A DNA stretch of 64,000 nt, taken from the NCBI GenBank assembly GCA_017387685.1, contig JAFOEU010000058.1:67936-131935 (forward strand), given 5' to 3'. Under the pieces are notes generated by a model. The model had not been told where the DNA came from, made no database searches, and saw only the letters and a list, made by a program, of their open reading frames with translations. The position numbers were made by a program, and so were the translations under genes. Below, in pieces: positions 34,153-43,047 of the stretch. Source of the stretch: Clostridia bacterium. GTDB lineage: Bacteria; Bacillota; Clostridia; Oscillospirales; CAG-272. Each line of letters opens with the position of its first letter. The stretch's first letter is position 1.

Positions 34153-35058
34153 TTATCTTAAATTCAGAAGCTTTTGAGCCAAAAGCTTCTTTTTTATCAG
34201 CTCGACGAATGAGTCGGGTGCTTCGGCTTTTACTCGCGCGCCGAAGGAGAGAGTTCGGATGACGATCTCGGACTCGTCCTTGTGGTCGAATTTGACGTGA
34301 AGCAGATATTCGTTTTTGCCAACCCGCTCTGCGCGCTTTTCAAAGTGCGCAAAGTGGAGCATACACCGCTCGAGGGCGTTTCGCTCGTCTTTGATTCGGA
34401 GCGTGACGGTGTCGTATCGCTCCTCGCGGGGGATGTGCTTGAAGGTCTCGCCGCAATATTTTACCGATCTGATCTTCGAGAGATTGATCGTGTGCAGATA
34501 CTTGCATCCGTCTGTGATGAGGCGGAATTTGTCATCCTTTTCGGAGTACTCGAGCCGCAGGGGCATGACCTTAGCGTACATTTCCTTGCCGCTTCTGTTG
34601 GTGAGATTTACCTTGATCGGAGTACCTGCGCGGATAGCGGAGAGGATGATGCGAAAGCGTTCGATATATCCCTCGTCGGAGAAATCGTCGCCGTCGCAGT
34701 ATTTATCGTAGACGTAATAATCGTCGGGAGTGAAGAGAGGATCGACGTCATCGAGTCCGTTAAAGGAAACGTCAAAGAGCTTGACTCGCGGATCGAGCGA
34801 TACCGCATTAAGCCATCTTTTTTGCAGATTTGTCAGCGGAACACTCGGCTTGTGCTTCAAAACCGTGCTCATATCGGGACGGAGAAGCTGCCATTTACCG
34901 CTTTTAAGTGCGGGGAGGATGGTTGTAACGCTTTCGCCGAAGGCGTGCTCCGAGACGATCTTCTGAAGCTTGCGCTCGTCGCGCTCGCCGTCGATGATCC
35001 TTGAAATTATTTCCGCGACCGTGTTGTAGTAAGCGGAATAAAGCTCGCTGAATATCAT
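34153..35058 (-). CDS. WYL-domain protein (second of a tandem pair)
   Basis: 301 aa. The WYL-like core is TPIKVNLTNRSGKEMYAKVMPLRLEYSEKDDKFRLI, followed by a WCX-like C-terminal domain. It overlaps the upstream WYL gene by 4 nt. Confidence 0.65.
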   Translation of the reverse strand: MIFSELYSAYYNTVAEIISRIIDGERDERKLQKIVSEHAFGESVTTILPALKSGKWQLLRPDMSTVLKHKPSVPLTNLQKRWLNAVSLDPRVKLFDVSFNGLDDVDPLFTPDDYYVYDKYCDGDDFSDEGYIERFRIILSAIRAGTPIKVNLTNRSGKEMYAKVMPLRLEYSEKDDKFRLITDGCKYLHTINLSKIRSVKYCGETFKHIPREERYDTVTLRIKDERNALERCMLHFAHFEKRAERVGKNEYLLHVKFDHKDESEIVIRTLSFGARVKAEAPDSFVELIKKKLLAQKLLNLR

Positions 35059-36311
35059 TGACCGCTCACCTCGATTCCGTACATTCTGTACATTTCTTCA
35101 AGATCGCGCCTGAATTTGTTTTCGTCGGTTCGGTTTGAAAAATCCAATTGCACGATGCGGCAGATGAAGGTTCGGATCCAGGGGATTATCTCGCTCGTTT
35201 CGTAAACGTCGGCGGTGAATCGGTAGGTGGAATCGTCGATCTTTTCAACCGTGCCACCCCGCTTTTCGCGGTATAGACGCTTGATTATGTAATCCTCGTT
35301 CGGCTCGACCTTGACCGTAAAGGTCACGCGCTCGAGCGGCTCTTTGCCGCGTTTGCCTCGGTTTACCACAACGCCCCACATATTGCTCTGCTTCAGGTCG
35401 AGCATAGCGCGAAGCTCGTCAAAGCGCGGCGTGACCTCCTCAAGCTTGACGGCGGAAAGATAGTCGATCCTGAGGGAGCGGAAATTATTGAAGTCGGGCT
35501 GATACGCGATCAGATGTTGCTTGCCATTCTGCGTGCTGATGAAGATGCGCAGCGGGATTATGCGGTTTCGCCTCGGCTCGTCTGAGCGGCGGCTGTGATT
35601 CGTTACCGTGATAACTCGCTTCTGCCTCATAGCGGTAAAGAGCGCGGCAAGGACTTCGCTGTCCATCGCGCCCGTGATGTAGTGGTGCTTGAAGCCAAAG
35701 GCGTTTTTGTGCGGGCGCGTTCTGTCGAGCAGAAATGAGCCGATAACGCCGCAAGGTGCCGCCTCTGAATAGAAATCAAGAAGATCACAGTAGTCCGAAA
35801 GATCAAAGTCTTCCGCGCGGCGGTAGAGCATACGCTTGCCCGATTTTTCGGAGATTATAATGCCTTCATCGCAATATTCCTTAAGCTTCTTGCGCAGAGT
35901 CGATTCGTCGAACATCAACGGTGAGTCGAACTCGGAGAGATATTCGCGGTCGATTATTTGCATAATCTCGGGAATTGAAAGCGCGATCTCCGGGGAGTGA
36001 AGAATATCGAAGAGGATGAAATGGAGGGTAATATCGCCGTCGGTGAAGCTTTTTGATTTCCAAGCCTTATAGAAGGGATTGTGGCGTGATGATCGGCTGT
36101 CGATCGAGATGAAGATATTCTTGCCCTCGGGCGTGCGGACGAAGCTCATATGATCGCCGAGAATGCTTTCCATACGGCGGCGCTCGTCGTCATACGATCG
36201 CGCGCTTTTTTGGTTGTACCCGTCGCGGCTCTTGAAGCCGTAAACGTAAAACTCGCGCATATAAGCGCGTATTCGCTCAAAATTCTTAATGAGCTCGCTG
36301 TAGGACGACAT
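35055..36311 (-). CDS. WYL-domain transcriptional regulator (wHTH-WYL-WCX architecture, first of a tandem pair)
   Basis: 418 aa. N-terminal FYVYGFKSRDGYNQKSARSYDDERRRMESILG. wHTH-like SIPEIMQIID...LRKKLKEYCDEGIIISEKSGKRMLY. WYL-like RIIPLRIFISTQNGKQHLIAYQ. Confidence 0.7.
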   Translation of the reverse strand: MSSYSELIKNFERIRAYMREFYVYGFKSRDGYNQKSARSYDDERRRMESILGDHMSFVRTPEGKNIFISIDSRSSRHNPFYKAWKSKSFTDGDITLHFILFDILHSPEIALSIPEIMQIIDREYLSEFDSPLMFDESTLRKKLKEYCDEGIIISEKSGKRMLYRRAEDFDLSDYCDLLDFYSEAAPCGVIGSFLLDRTRPHKNAFGFKHHYITGAMDSEVLAALFTAMRQKRVITVTNHSRRSDEPRRNRIIPLRIFISTQNGKQHLIAYQPDFNNFRSLRIDYLSAVKLEEVTPRFDELRAMLDLKQSNMWGVVVNRGKRGKEPLERVTFTVKVEPNEDYIIKRLYREKRGGTVEKIDDSTYRFTADVYETSEIIPWIRTFICRIVQLDFSNRTDENKFRRDLEEMYRMYGIEVSGQ

Positions 36312-36348
36312 TGTTGCCTCCTTTCTTCCTTGATCTAGAATTTTTTAA

Positions 36349-36879
36349 TTAATCGATAAATTTAACGATCTCGTCCATATCCTTGCGCTTTTTGGTGCGG
36401 AGTTTATCGCCTTCCTTCGGATAGCCGATAGTGATGACGAGGCGGACGGGTGCATCGAGCGAGCAGATCTTGCGGATCTCCGCGTCGTCGAGCCAACCGA
36501 GAATGCAGCTTCCGAGCCCCTGCGCGGCTGCTTCCGCAGTGATGTAGGCGGAGAGGATGCCGATGTCGATCGAGCGGTAGTTGTTGCCCTTGACCTTTGC
36601 GCCGAGTGCGGCGGATGCGACGTAGGGCTTCTCGGAAATTACGATCAGCACGGGAGCATCGGTTGCAAATTTGTTCATACCCATACCCTGAACGGCTTTT
36701 GCGACCGCTTTAGCCGACTCGCCGCGGCAGACCGTCATAAGATACGGCTGACCGTTGCAAGCGGATGGGGAGAGACGTGCGGATTCAAGTATTGCTTGAA
36801 GTTTTTCCTCTTCAACCGCCCTCGCCGCATCATAACTGCGGCAGGATTGGCGGGTGTTTGCTATTTCTGTGAAGTTCAT
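36349..36879 (-). CDS. Nitroreductase family protein
   Basis: RQSCRSY, PSACNGQP and a typical length of about 175 aa. Confidence 0.85.
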   Translation of the reverse strand: MNFTEIANTRQSCRSYDAARAVEEEKLQAILESARLSPSACNGQPYLMTVCRGESAKAVAKAVQGMGMNKFATDAPVLIVISEKPYVASAALGAKVKGNNYRSIDIGILSAYITAEAAAQGLGSCILGWLDDAEIRKICSLDAPVRLVITIGYPKEGDKLRTKKRKDMDEIVKFID

Positions 36880-36890
36880 AGTTTTCTCCT

Positions 36891-37370
36891 TTATACCGTC
36901 AGATCAACCAGTTCAAATTTCAGTGCTTTACGAAGTTCGTCAAGCGTGATCTCGACCTGATATCCTATCTTTCCCGCGCTGAAAAGGATGGTTTCAAAAT
37001 TCGCGGCAGTTGCGTCCGTGAAGGTGGGAAACTGCTTTTTCATACCGATCGGCGAGCATCCGCCGTGGATGTAGCCCGTCAGGGGGAGCAGTTCCTTTTG
37101 CTTTATCATCACGATATTTTTCTCGCCCGCGGCGCGAGCGGCTTTTTTGAGATCAAGCTCACGCTCTACGGGGATCATGAAAACATAGTAATTCTTCGAT
37201 GCGCCGACCGTCACGAGAGTTTTGAAAACGTGATTAGGGTCCTGATTCAATACCGTCGCGATCTCGATGCCGCTGATCGCATCGGTGTCAACGTAAAGAT
37301 GCTTTTCGTACTTGACCTTTTTCGAGTCAAGCAGACGCATCACGTTTGTTTTTTCGTCTGTTTTTTTCAT
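36891..37370 (-). CDS. ybaK: Cys-tRNA(Pro)/Cys-tRNA(Cys) deacylase YbaK
   Basis: TNVMRLLD, VFKTLV, GYIHGGCSPIG. Confidence 0.85.
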   Translation of the reverse strand: MKKTDEKTNVMRLLDSKKVKYEKHLYVDTDAISGIEIATVLNQDPNHVFKTLVTVGASKNYYVFMIPVERELDLKKAARAAGEKNIVMIKQKELLPLTGYIHGGCSPIGMKKQFPTFTDATAANFETILFSAGKIGYQVEITLDELRKALKFELVDLTV

Positions 37371-37654
37371 TTCAGATCAAATTCACCGAGCTTTGACTCT
37401 GCGATATAATCATTTCTGAATGCGCGGAGCTTTGCCATGTGGGGCTGACCGATGTGCACCTGCTGGTGCTCCTTCGACTCCCACGCCTCAATGAGCAAAA
37501 GTTCATTGGGATTCTTATCCGAATAATAGTAATCGTAGCGGATGCAGCCGTCCTCTGCAAGCACAGCCGCGAGTACGCCCTCGGATTTCATTCTCTCGAC
37601 AAACGCCTCGCGCTTGCCCTCGTGGCAGATGAAACTAACGTAAATAGTGTACAT
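37367..37654 (-). CDS. Antibiotic-biosynthesis-monooxygenase (ABM) family small protein
   Basis: 95 aa with a ferredoxin-like ABM pattern (C.RYD...LLIEAWESKEHQQVH). Confidence 0.75.
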   Translation of the reverse strand: MYTIYVSFICHEGKREAFVERMKSEGVLAAVLAEDGCIRYDYYYSDKNPNELLLIEAWESKEHQQVHIGQPHMAKLRAFRNDYIAESKLGEFDLK

Positions 37655-37667
37655 TTTTAAATCCTCC

Positions 37668-38120
37668 TTAAAGTTCGGCTAAAATGTCAGCCGCGTTTGT
37701 ATCGGGTTTTACTTTCGGCATGATCTTTTCGATATTGCCTTTTTCGTCAATGATAAAGGTGGTGCGTACAACGCCCATTGAAACCTTTCCGCACATCTTT
37801 TTCTCCTGCCATACGCCGTAAGCCTCGATGGCTACGCGGTCGGGGTCGGAGAGCAAGATGAAGGGAAGATCGTATTTTTCGGCAAACTTAACGTGCGATG
37901 CCACGCTGTCCTTGCTGATGCCGATGACTTCGACGCCCTTTGCCTCGAATTGCTTGTATGCTCCCGCAAAGGCACAAGCCTGACGGGTGCATCCGGGGGT
38001 GTTGTCCTTGGGGTAGAAATAGAGAACTACCTTTTTGCCGAGGAGCGACGAGAGTGTAAAGTCATTTCCGTTTTTGTCCTTGAGAGTAAAGTCGGGGGCT
38101 TTCATTCCGATTTCAAGCAT
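37668..38120 (-). CDS. bcp: Thioredoxin-dependent thiol peroxidase (Bcp/peroxiredoxin Q)
   Basis: GMKAPDFTL and YFYPKDNTPGCT. The start is taken at ATG 38120 (MLEIG). Confidence 0.9.
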   Translation of the reverse strand: MLEIGMKAPDFTLKDKNGNDFTLSSLLGKKVVLYFYPKDNTPGCTRQACAFAGAYKQFEAKGVEVIGISKDSVASHVKFAEKYDLPFILLSDPDRVAIEAYGVWQEKKMCGKVSMGVVRTTFIIDEKGNIEKIMPKVKPDTNAADILAEL

Positions 38121-38134
38121 TATTTTGTCTCCTT

Positions 38135-39022
38135 TCAGAATTCGAACGGTTCGCGTTCGTATATTTTTTCTTTTTGAGTGTTTATAAGCATTCTGCCCTT
38201 GTAAAATCCAACGCATTCGACCTCTTGGTCGGCAAACGGTGCGGTTGAAAGATCCTCGCAGAGCGCGTATTTTTTCTCTTTGAGGTCAATGACGTTGAGC
38301 GCGTCGGGGGTGTCCTCTCTGCCAAAGCCGAAGGAGTAGTAGAGCTTATCCTCATATATCGTTCCGCCCTGAGTCGCGAAAGCATTGAAGGGCAGGGTGA
38401 ACTGATCGATAATATCGTCGGCGGTGAAGGTAACGTCACCCTCGTCGGGGGTGGGCAGACGGAATTTTGTAACGATATATTCGTTGTCGGGGCGGTACAT
38501 CTCACGCTTGGTGCGATAGCGCGCCGAGTGGAGATAGAAGAAGCCGTTCTTGACGTCAACGAGTGACGCGGGCCATCCCCAACCGGGCACTTCAAATTTC
38601 GTGCCGTCCTTTTCGGTCGGCTTGTAGTATATGCGCTGTATGGTTTCCGCCGAATAGACACCGCCTTTGAGTCTTATCTGCTCAACGGCACAGTAGGCGA
38701 TCCAACCCTTTTCATCCGCGTCGCCGCTGTTGCCGGCTGTGACGTACATCAGAGGGAAATCCTCGCCCGGCACAGTCGCGCCGAACATAGCGTCGTTTGC
38801 GTGGTTATCGTATCTCTTGTCTTCCTTATTTCTGCAATAAGAGCCGAGCTTGAAAACGCCTACGGGCTTCGGGTTGCGGTTGACGAGATCGTACGCGCCG
38901 CAAACTCCGCTGTGGTAGAGGACGAACGCGGTGTCGCCGTGTATCGCCATTCCCTGAACCGAGCGGCGTTTGCCAAACATCGCTTCGGTGGGATTTTCAA
39001 ATTCCATATAAAGCTTATACAT
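38135..39022 (-). CDS. Hypothetical protein, probably a beta-propeller-like fold
   Basis: About 295 aa with recurring [VT]QG...D..[FY] strands (VQGMAIHGDTAFV, TQGGTIYEDKLYY). The start MYKLYMEF overlaps the upstream GNAT gene by 8 nt. Confidence 0.5.
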   Translation of the reverse strand: MYKLYMEFENPTEAMFGKRRSVQGMAIHGDTAFVLYHSGVCGAYDLVNRNPKPVGVFKLGSYCRNKEDKRYDNHANDAMFGATVPGEDFPLMYVTAGNSGDADEKGWIAYCAVEQIRLKGGVYSAETIQRIYYKPTEKDGTKFEVPGWGWPASLVDVKNGFFYLHSARYRTKREMYRPDNEYIVTKFRLPTPDEGDVTFTADDIIDQFTLPFNAFATQGGTIYEDKLYYSFGFGREDTPDALNVIDLKEKKYALCEDLSTAPFADQEVECVGFYKGRMLINTQKEKIYEREPFEF

Positions 39023-39509
39023 CTTCCTCGCTCCTCTTGACAAGCTCGTCGATCTTATCGGAAGTCAGGCGGTAGATCGTCCATTCGTCCATCGGGACAG
39101 CTCCCTTGGAAAGATAGAAATCAATGCTCGGCTGATTCCAATCAAGACAAGTCCATTCCACTCTGCCGCAGCCGCGCTCCTTGGCGATTCGCGTGACCTC
39201 CGTCAGTAGCGCCTTTCCGTATCCCTTTCCGCGGTATTCGGGCCAGACGAAAAGGTCTTCAAGATGGATGCCCGCGCGTCCGACGAAGGTGGAGTAATTA
39301 TGGAAGAAGAGCGCGAATCCGACCTCTTTTTCGTCTTCAAGTGCGAAGATGACCTCCGCGTGTCCCTTGCCGAAGACGACTTCCTTTATCATTTCCTCGG
39401 TGTTGATGACCTCGTCGAGCATATTTTCGTATTCCGCGATGCCGCGGATGAATTTGAGGATCAGCGCGGCGTCGGCTTCGGTTGCATATCTGAATTTTAC
39501 CTTATTCAT
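39015..39509 (-). CDS. GNAT-family N-acetyltransferase (diamine/spermidine acetyltransferase-like)
   Basis: The acetyl-CoA motif is EYRGKGYGKALL. Overall SSAT-like pattern. Confidence 0.85.
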   Translation of the reverse strand: MNKVKFRYATEADAALILKFIRGIAEYENMLDEVINTEEMIKEVVFGKGHAEVIFALEDEKEVGFALFFHNYSTFVGRAGIHLEDLFVWPEYRGKGYGKALLTEVTRIAKERGCGRVEWTCLDWNQPSIDFYLSKGAVPMDEWTIYRLTSDKIDELVKRSEEDV

Positions 39510-39542
39510 TATATTTTCTCCGATTAAGTATTAATTTAATTT

Positions 39543-39571
39543 ATTATAGCATATTTTTGCCGATAATTCAA
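39543..39571 (-). promoter_or_regulatory. Promoter (TTGAAT-17-TATAAT) for the GNAT...bcp...WYL operon
   Basis: Reverse strand: -35 at 39566-39571 and -10 at 39543-39548. Confidence 0.55.
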
Positions 39572-39593
39572 CCGCTTTTTCGATGCGGCTTAC

Positions 39594-39622
39594 TTGAAAA
39601 GCGAAGATTTTTATGGTATAAT
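39594..39622 (+). promoter_or_regulatory. Promoter (TTGAAA-17-TATAAT) for the lipoprotein gene at 39650
   Basis: -35 at 39594-39599 and -10 at 39617-39622. Confidence 0.6.
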
Positions 39623-39649
39623 GAATTATCACGAAAATCGGAGGACAAT

Positions 39650-40939
39650 ATGAAAAAAATCAGCTTATTAATTTTGTTTATAGCATTGGCGGTACTGCTT
39701 CCCGCTTGTGAAAAAGCTCCCGAAGGGGAGGTGACGGAAACCGAAGCTGTGGAGATCACGGAGGCAAAAAAGGAAATGATTACAGTTGTTTCGGGCGGTA
39801 AAACCGAATTTGAGATCATCCGCTCCGAGGAAAACGACGGAGCACGCGGACGTCTTTTTGCGGCGTTTGAGGCGGAGTTCAATAAGCGCTTCGGATGCAA
39901 GATCGAGAGTACCTTTGACATTATGGCTGTGCTCAAGCTTCCCGCGCCCGACGCCAAGGAGCTGATCCTCGGCGACACAAACAGAGCGGAATCGGCAACT
40001 CTTAAAGCCAAGCTCGACGAGGCGGGCGGCAACCGTTTCGGTATCGCGGTCATAGGCAACAAGATCGCAATAAACGGAACGAGCTGGTATCAGTGCTATC
40101 TTGCGCTCGATTATTTTTTTGAGAATTTTACAAGCGGCTCGACACTTGCCATCGAGGCGGGCTTTGAATATATCTCCGAGCCCTCGGAGGATGATGCTTT
40201 TGCTATCGCCGAGCTCATTTCGGATGGCAGTGGAGTCGCGTTTGCGGCAACCGAAAAGGTTTTGAAGTTCAAAACCGTAAACGGTGCGGGAACGGTTCAG
40301 GGCGGATGCACGGACGGCAAATACGCCTACGTCGGTATGATGGGCAAGAGTGATGGCGTCGAATTCGGCGTTGTTTCGAAATACGATATTACCACGGGTG
40401 AGATCGTGGGATCCTCGGAGCGTCTGCCCACCTTCCATACCAACGATCTGACCTACGATGCGAAAAATAACAGGATCGTCATAGCAACGCTCGATGCGGG
40501 TTGGACACGCCTTTCCTTCGTTGATGCCGAAACGCTTGAATACAAGGGCGATCTTATCACTCCCATCGGCATACGCGGACTTGAATATTTACCCGATAGT
40601 AACACCTACGTTGCCGCCGGATTCAATATCGAGATAATGATCCTCGACGAGAATTTCAATAAGCTCTCCTCGCATATCTGCGCGGATCAGACGCTTATGA
40701 CTCAGGGACTTTATTCGGACGGCGAGTACGTTTACGATCCGAGATATCTTGAAGGCGAAGCGGTTCACCTTATGGTGGTCGAGGATATGGAGGGCAATCT
40801 CGTATCAAGTGCCAACCTCTACGGACTCTCGGGAGCAGAGCCCGAGCATATGTATAAGATCGACGGCACTATGTATATCGGATGCAATTTTTCGGGTTGG
40901 CTTTATAAGGTTGAGATAATTCCGCAGAATTGGTGGTAA
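39650..40939 (+). CDS. Lipoprotein with an N-terminal alpha/beta module and a C-terminal propeller-like domain
   Basis: The ATG at 39650 follows GGAGGA. Lipobox LLPAC and a T/E linker. The C-terminal half has VQGGCTDGKYAYV and TQGLYSDGEYVY repeats. Confidence 0.65.
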   Translation: MKKISLLILFIALAVLLPACEKAPEGEVTETEAVEITEAKKEMITVVSGGKTEFEIIRSEENDGARGRLFAAFEAEFNKRFGCKIESTFDIMAVLKLPAPDAKELILGDTNRAESATLKAKLDEAGGNRFGIAVIGNKIAINGTSWYQCYLALDYFFENFTSGSTLAIEAGFEYISEPSEDDAFAIAELISDGSGVAFAATEKVLKFKTVNGAGTVQGGCTDGKYAYVGMMGKSDGVEFGVVSKYDITTGEIVGSSERLPTFHTNDLTYDAKNNRIVIATLDAGWTRLSFVDAETLEYKGDLITPIGIRGLEYLPDSNTYVAAGFNIEIMILDENFNKLSSHICADQTLMTQGLYSDGEYVYDPRYLEGEAVHLMVVEDMEGNLVSSANLYGLSGAEPEHMYKIDGTMYIGCNFSGWLYKVEIIPQNWW

Positions 40940-40966
40940 ATCTCAAAACAAAATTGAAATTTCATA

Positions 40967-40995
40967 TTGAAATTTTGCATTTTATACTGTATAAT
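40967..40995 (+). promoter_or_regulatory. Promoter (TTGAAA-17-TATAAT) for the FucO-like dehydrogenase gene
   Basis: -35 at 40967-40972 and -10 at 40990-40995. Confidence 0.55.
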
Positions 40996-41046
40996 TAATT
41001 TATAGGCTTTGCCTACACAAAGAATAAAATTACGGAGGTCATTCAA

Positions 41047-42189
41047 ATGGCAAATCGTTTCGTATCCAACGCAATATCATATCACGGCAAGGGCGCGATC
41101 CTTGAGATCCCCGCGCTCGTTGCCGCAAAGGGCTTTACCAAGGCTTTCATCGCAACCGACCCCGATCTTATCAAGTTCGGCGTAACCAAGAAGGTAACCG
41201 ATATTCTCGATAAGGAAGGAATGGCTTACGAGATCTATTCCGATATCAAGCCCAATCCCACCATCGAAAACGTAAAGAACGGCGTTGAGGCTTATAAGGC
41301 TTCGGGTGCAGACTATATGATCGCCATCGGCGGCGGTTCTTCTATGGACACCGCAAAGGCTATCGGTATCATCATCAACAACCCCGAGTTCGCGGACGTT
41401 CGCTCCCTCGAGGGCGTTGCTCCCACCAAGAACCGCACGGTCTACACCATCGCAGTTCCCACCACCGCAGGTACAGCGGCAGAGGCAACCATCAACTACG
41501 TTATCACCGACGTTGAGCGCAAGCGTAAGTTCGTTTGCGTTGACGTAAACGATATTCCCGATATCGCTGTCGTTGACCCCGATATGATGTCCACTATGCC
41601 CAAGGGTCTCACCGCTTCGACCGGCATGGATGCTCTCACCCACGCGATCGAGGGCTACACCACCCGCGCTGCTTGGGATCTTCCCGACTGCCTCAACCTC
41701 GAGGCTATCCGCCTTATCGCAAAGAGCCTTCGCGGCGCGGTCAACAACGAGCCCGAGGGACGTGAAGGAATGGCTCTCGGTCAGTTTGTAACCGGTATGG
41801 CGTTCTCGAACGTAGGTCTCGGAATCGCTCACTCTATCGCGCACACCCTCGGCGCGGTTTACGACACTCCCCACGGCGTTGCTTGCGCTATGATGCTCCC
41901 CATCGTTATGGAGTATAACGCAGATCAGACCGGCGAAAAGCTCAAGGCAGTAGCAGAAGCTATGGGCGTTGATACCACCGGTATGACTCAGGATGAGTAC
42001 CGCAAGGCGGCTGTTGACGCGGTACGTCAGCTCTCCATCGACGTCGGAATCCCCACCAAGCTCGAAGCCCTCAAGGAAGAGGACCTCGACTTCCTCGCAG
42101 AGTCCGCATATGCAGACGCTTGCGCTCCCGGCAACCCCAAGGCTGCTTCGGTTGAGGATATGAAGGCGCTTATCAGAAAGCTTATGTAA
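41047..42189 (+). CDS. Iron-containing alcohol dehydrogenase, lactaldehyde reductase (FucO)-like
   Basis: MANRFVSNAISYHGKGA...KPNPT..NV and GGGSSMDTAKA, with His-rich metal sites (HAIEGY, HSIAHTLG). Confidence 0.9.
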   Translation: MANRFVSNAISYHGKGAILEIPALVAAKGFTKAFIATDPDLIKFGVTKKVTDILDKEGMAYEIYSDIKPNPTIENVKNGVEAYKASGADYMIAIGGGSSMDTAKAIGIIINNPEFADVRSLEGVAPTKNRTVYTIAVPTTAGTAAEATINYVITDVERKRKFVCVDVNDIPDIAVVDPDMMSTMPKGLTASTGMDALTHAIEGYTTRAAWDLPDCLNLEAIRLIAKSLRGAVNNEPEGREGMALGQFVTGMAFSNVGLGIAHSIAHTLGAVYDTPHGVACAMMLPIVMEYNADQTGEKLKAVAEAMGVDTTGMTQDEYRKAAVDAVRQLSIDVGIPTKLEALKEEDLDFLAESAYADACAPGNPKAASVEDMKALIRKLM

Positions 42190-42257
42190 AAACGTTTGCG
42201 AAGCAAACTCATAACGGCGAGCGTAAGCGAGCCTCATAACTCTAAGTTCTAAACTTC

Positions 42258-42289
42258 AATACGGGCAGAGATTTTTCTCTGCCCGTATT
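42258..42289 (+). terminator. Hairpin after the FucO-like gene (weak U-tract)
   Basis: 13-bp stem AATACGGGCAGAG/CTCTGCCCGTATT. No long T-run follows. Confidence 0.4.
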
Positions 42290-42362
42290 GCTCTATGACA
42301 CATTTGCAAAATTTAAGTGAAAGTGGCATTAAAGGAATTTAATATTATTTTATTAAAATGTA

Positions 42363-42391
42363 TTGCAATTTGCTATACAATGTGATATAAT
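42363..42391 (+). promoter_or_regulatory. Promoter (TTGCAA-17-TATAAT) for the toxin-antitoxin pair
   Basis: -35 at 42363-42368 and -10 at 42386-42391. Confidence 0.55.
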
Positions 42392-42414
42392 ATAGTAGAA
42401 AGGTGGTGCATACT

Positions 42415-42717
42415 ATGGCAACTAAAACCGCAAACGTATCTGTACGCGTTCAGCCTGAGATCAAAGCGCAGGCTGAGGAAATACTTGCACAGCTTGGCAT
42501 TCCCGTGTCGGTACTGATAGATTCGCTTTACAGACAAATAATTATGACTAACAGAATCCCGTATTCTTTCAGCCTTCCCACGATACAAACCCGAGATACA
42601 ATGACCGAAGAGCAATTCAATGCAATGATGGCAAAGGGGCTTGATGAAGCAAAATCAGGTCGAGGCGTTAGTGTTGACGATGCTTTTGAAAAGATAAATC
42701 AAAGTATTGGCAAATGA
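42415..42717 (+). CDS. Type II antitoxin, RelB/DinJ family
   Basis: The N-terminal ribbon-helix-helix NVSVRVQPEIKAQAEEILAQLGIPVSVLIDSLYRQI is typical of DinJ/RelB. It overlaps the toxin gene by 4 nt. Confidence 0.8.
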   Translation: MATKTANVSVRVQPEIKAQAEEILAQLGIPVSVLIDSLYRQIIMTNRIPYSFSLPTIQTRDTMTEEQFNAMMAKGLDEAKSGRGVSVDDAFEKINQSIGK

Positions 42718-43043
42718 CTTATCAAGTTAATTTGACCGACAGTGCTTTTGTTCAGCTTAAAGAGGCTATAATATATATATCCAATGTCCTTTTTGAGCCG
42801 GAAGCCGCAAATCAATGGTCTGATAGAATTAAAAAATCTATTTCTTCCCTTAACAATATGCCTCGCAGATTTCCTTTGGTTGATGAAGAGCCGTGGCGTA
42901 CGGAAGGAATACACAAAATGACTGTTGACAATTTCATCGTTTACTATTGGGTTAACGATGATACTGAGACGGTATGGATTACTGCTGTTGTTTACGGCAG
43001 AAGAGATCAGCTTGCCGCGCTTCGCGATATGCCAAAAGAATAA
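42714..43043 (+). CDS. Type II toxin, RelE/ParE family
   Basis: 109 aa. The IVYYWVNDDTETVWITAVVYGRRD C-terminal pattern is typical of ParE/RelE toxins. Confidence 0.8.
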   Translation: MTYQVNLTDSAFVQLKEAIIYISNVLFEPEAANQWSDRIKKSISSLNNMPRRFPLVDEEPWRTEGIHKMTVDNFIVYYWVNDDTETVWITAVVYGRRDQLAALRDMPKE

Positions 43044-43047
43044 CGAT

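Noticed and set aside
41077-42237. 386-aa reverse ORF
   Set aside because: It is antisense to the clearly recognisable iron-containing alcohol dehydrogenase gene.
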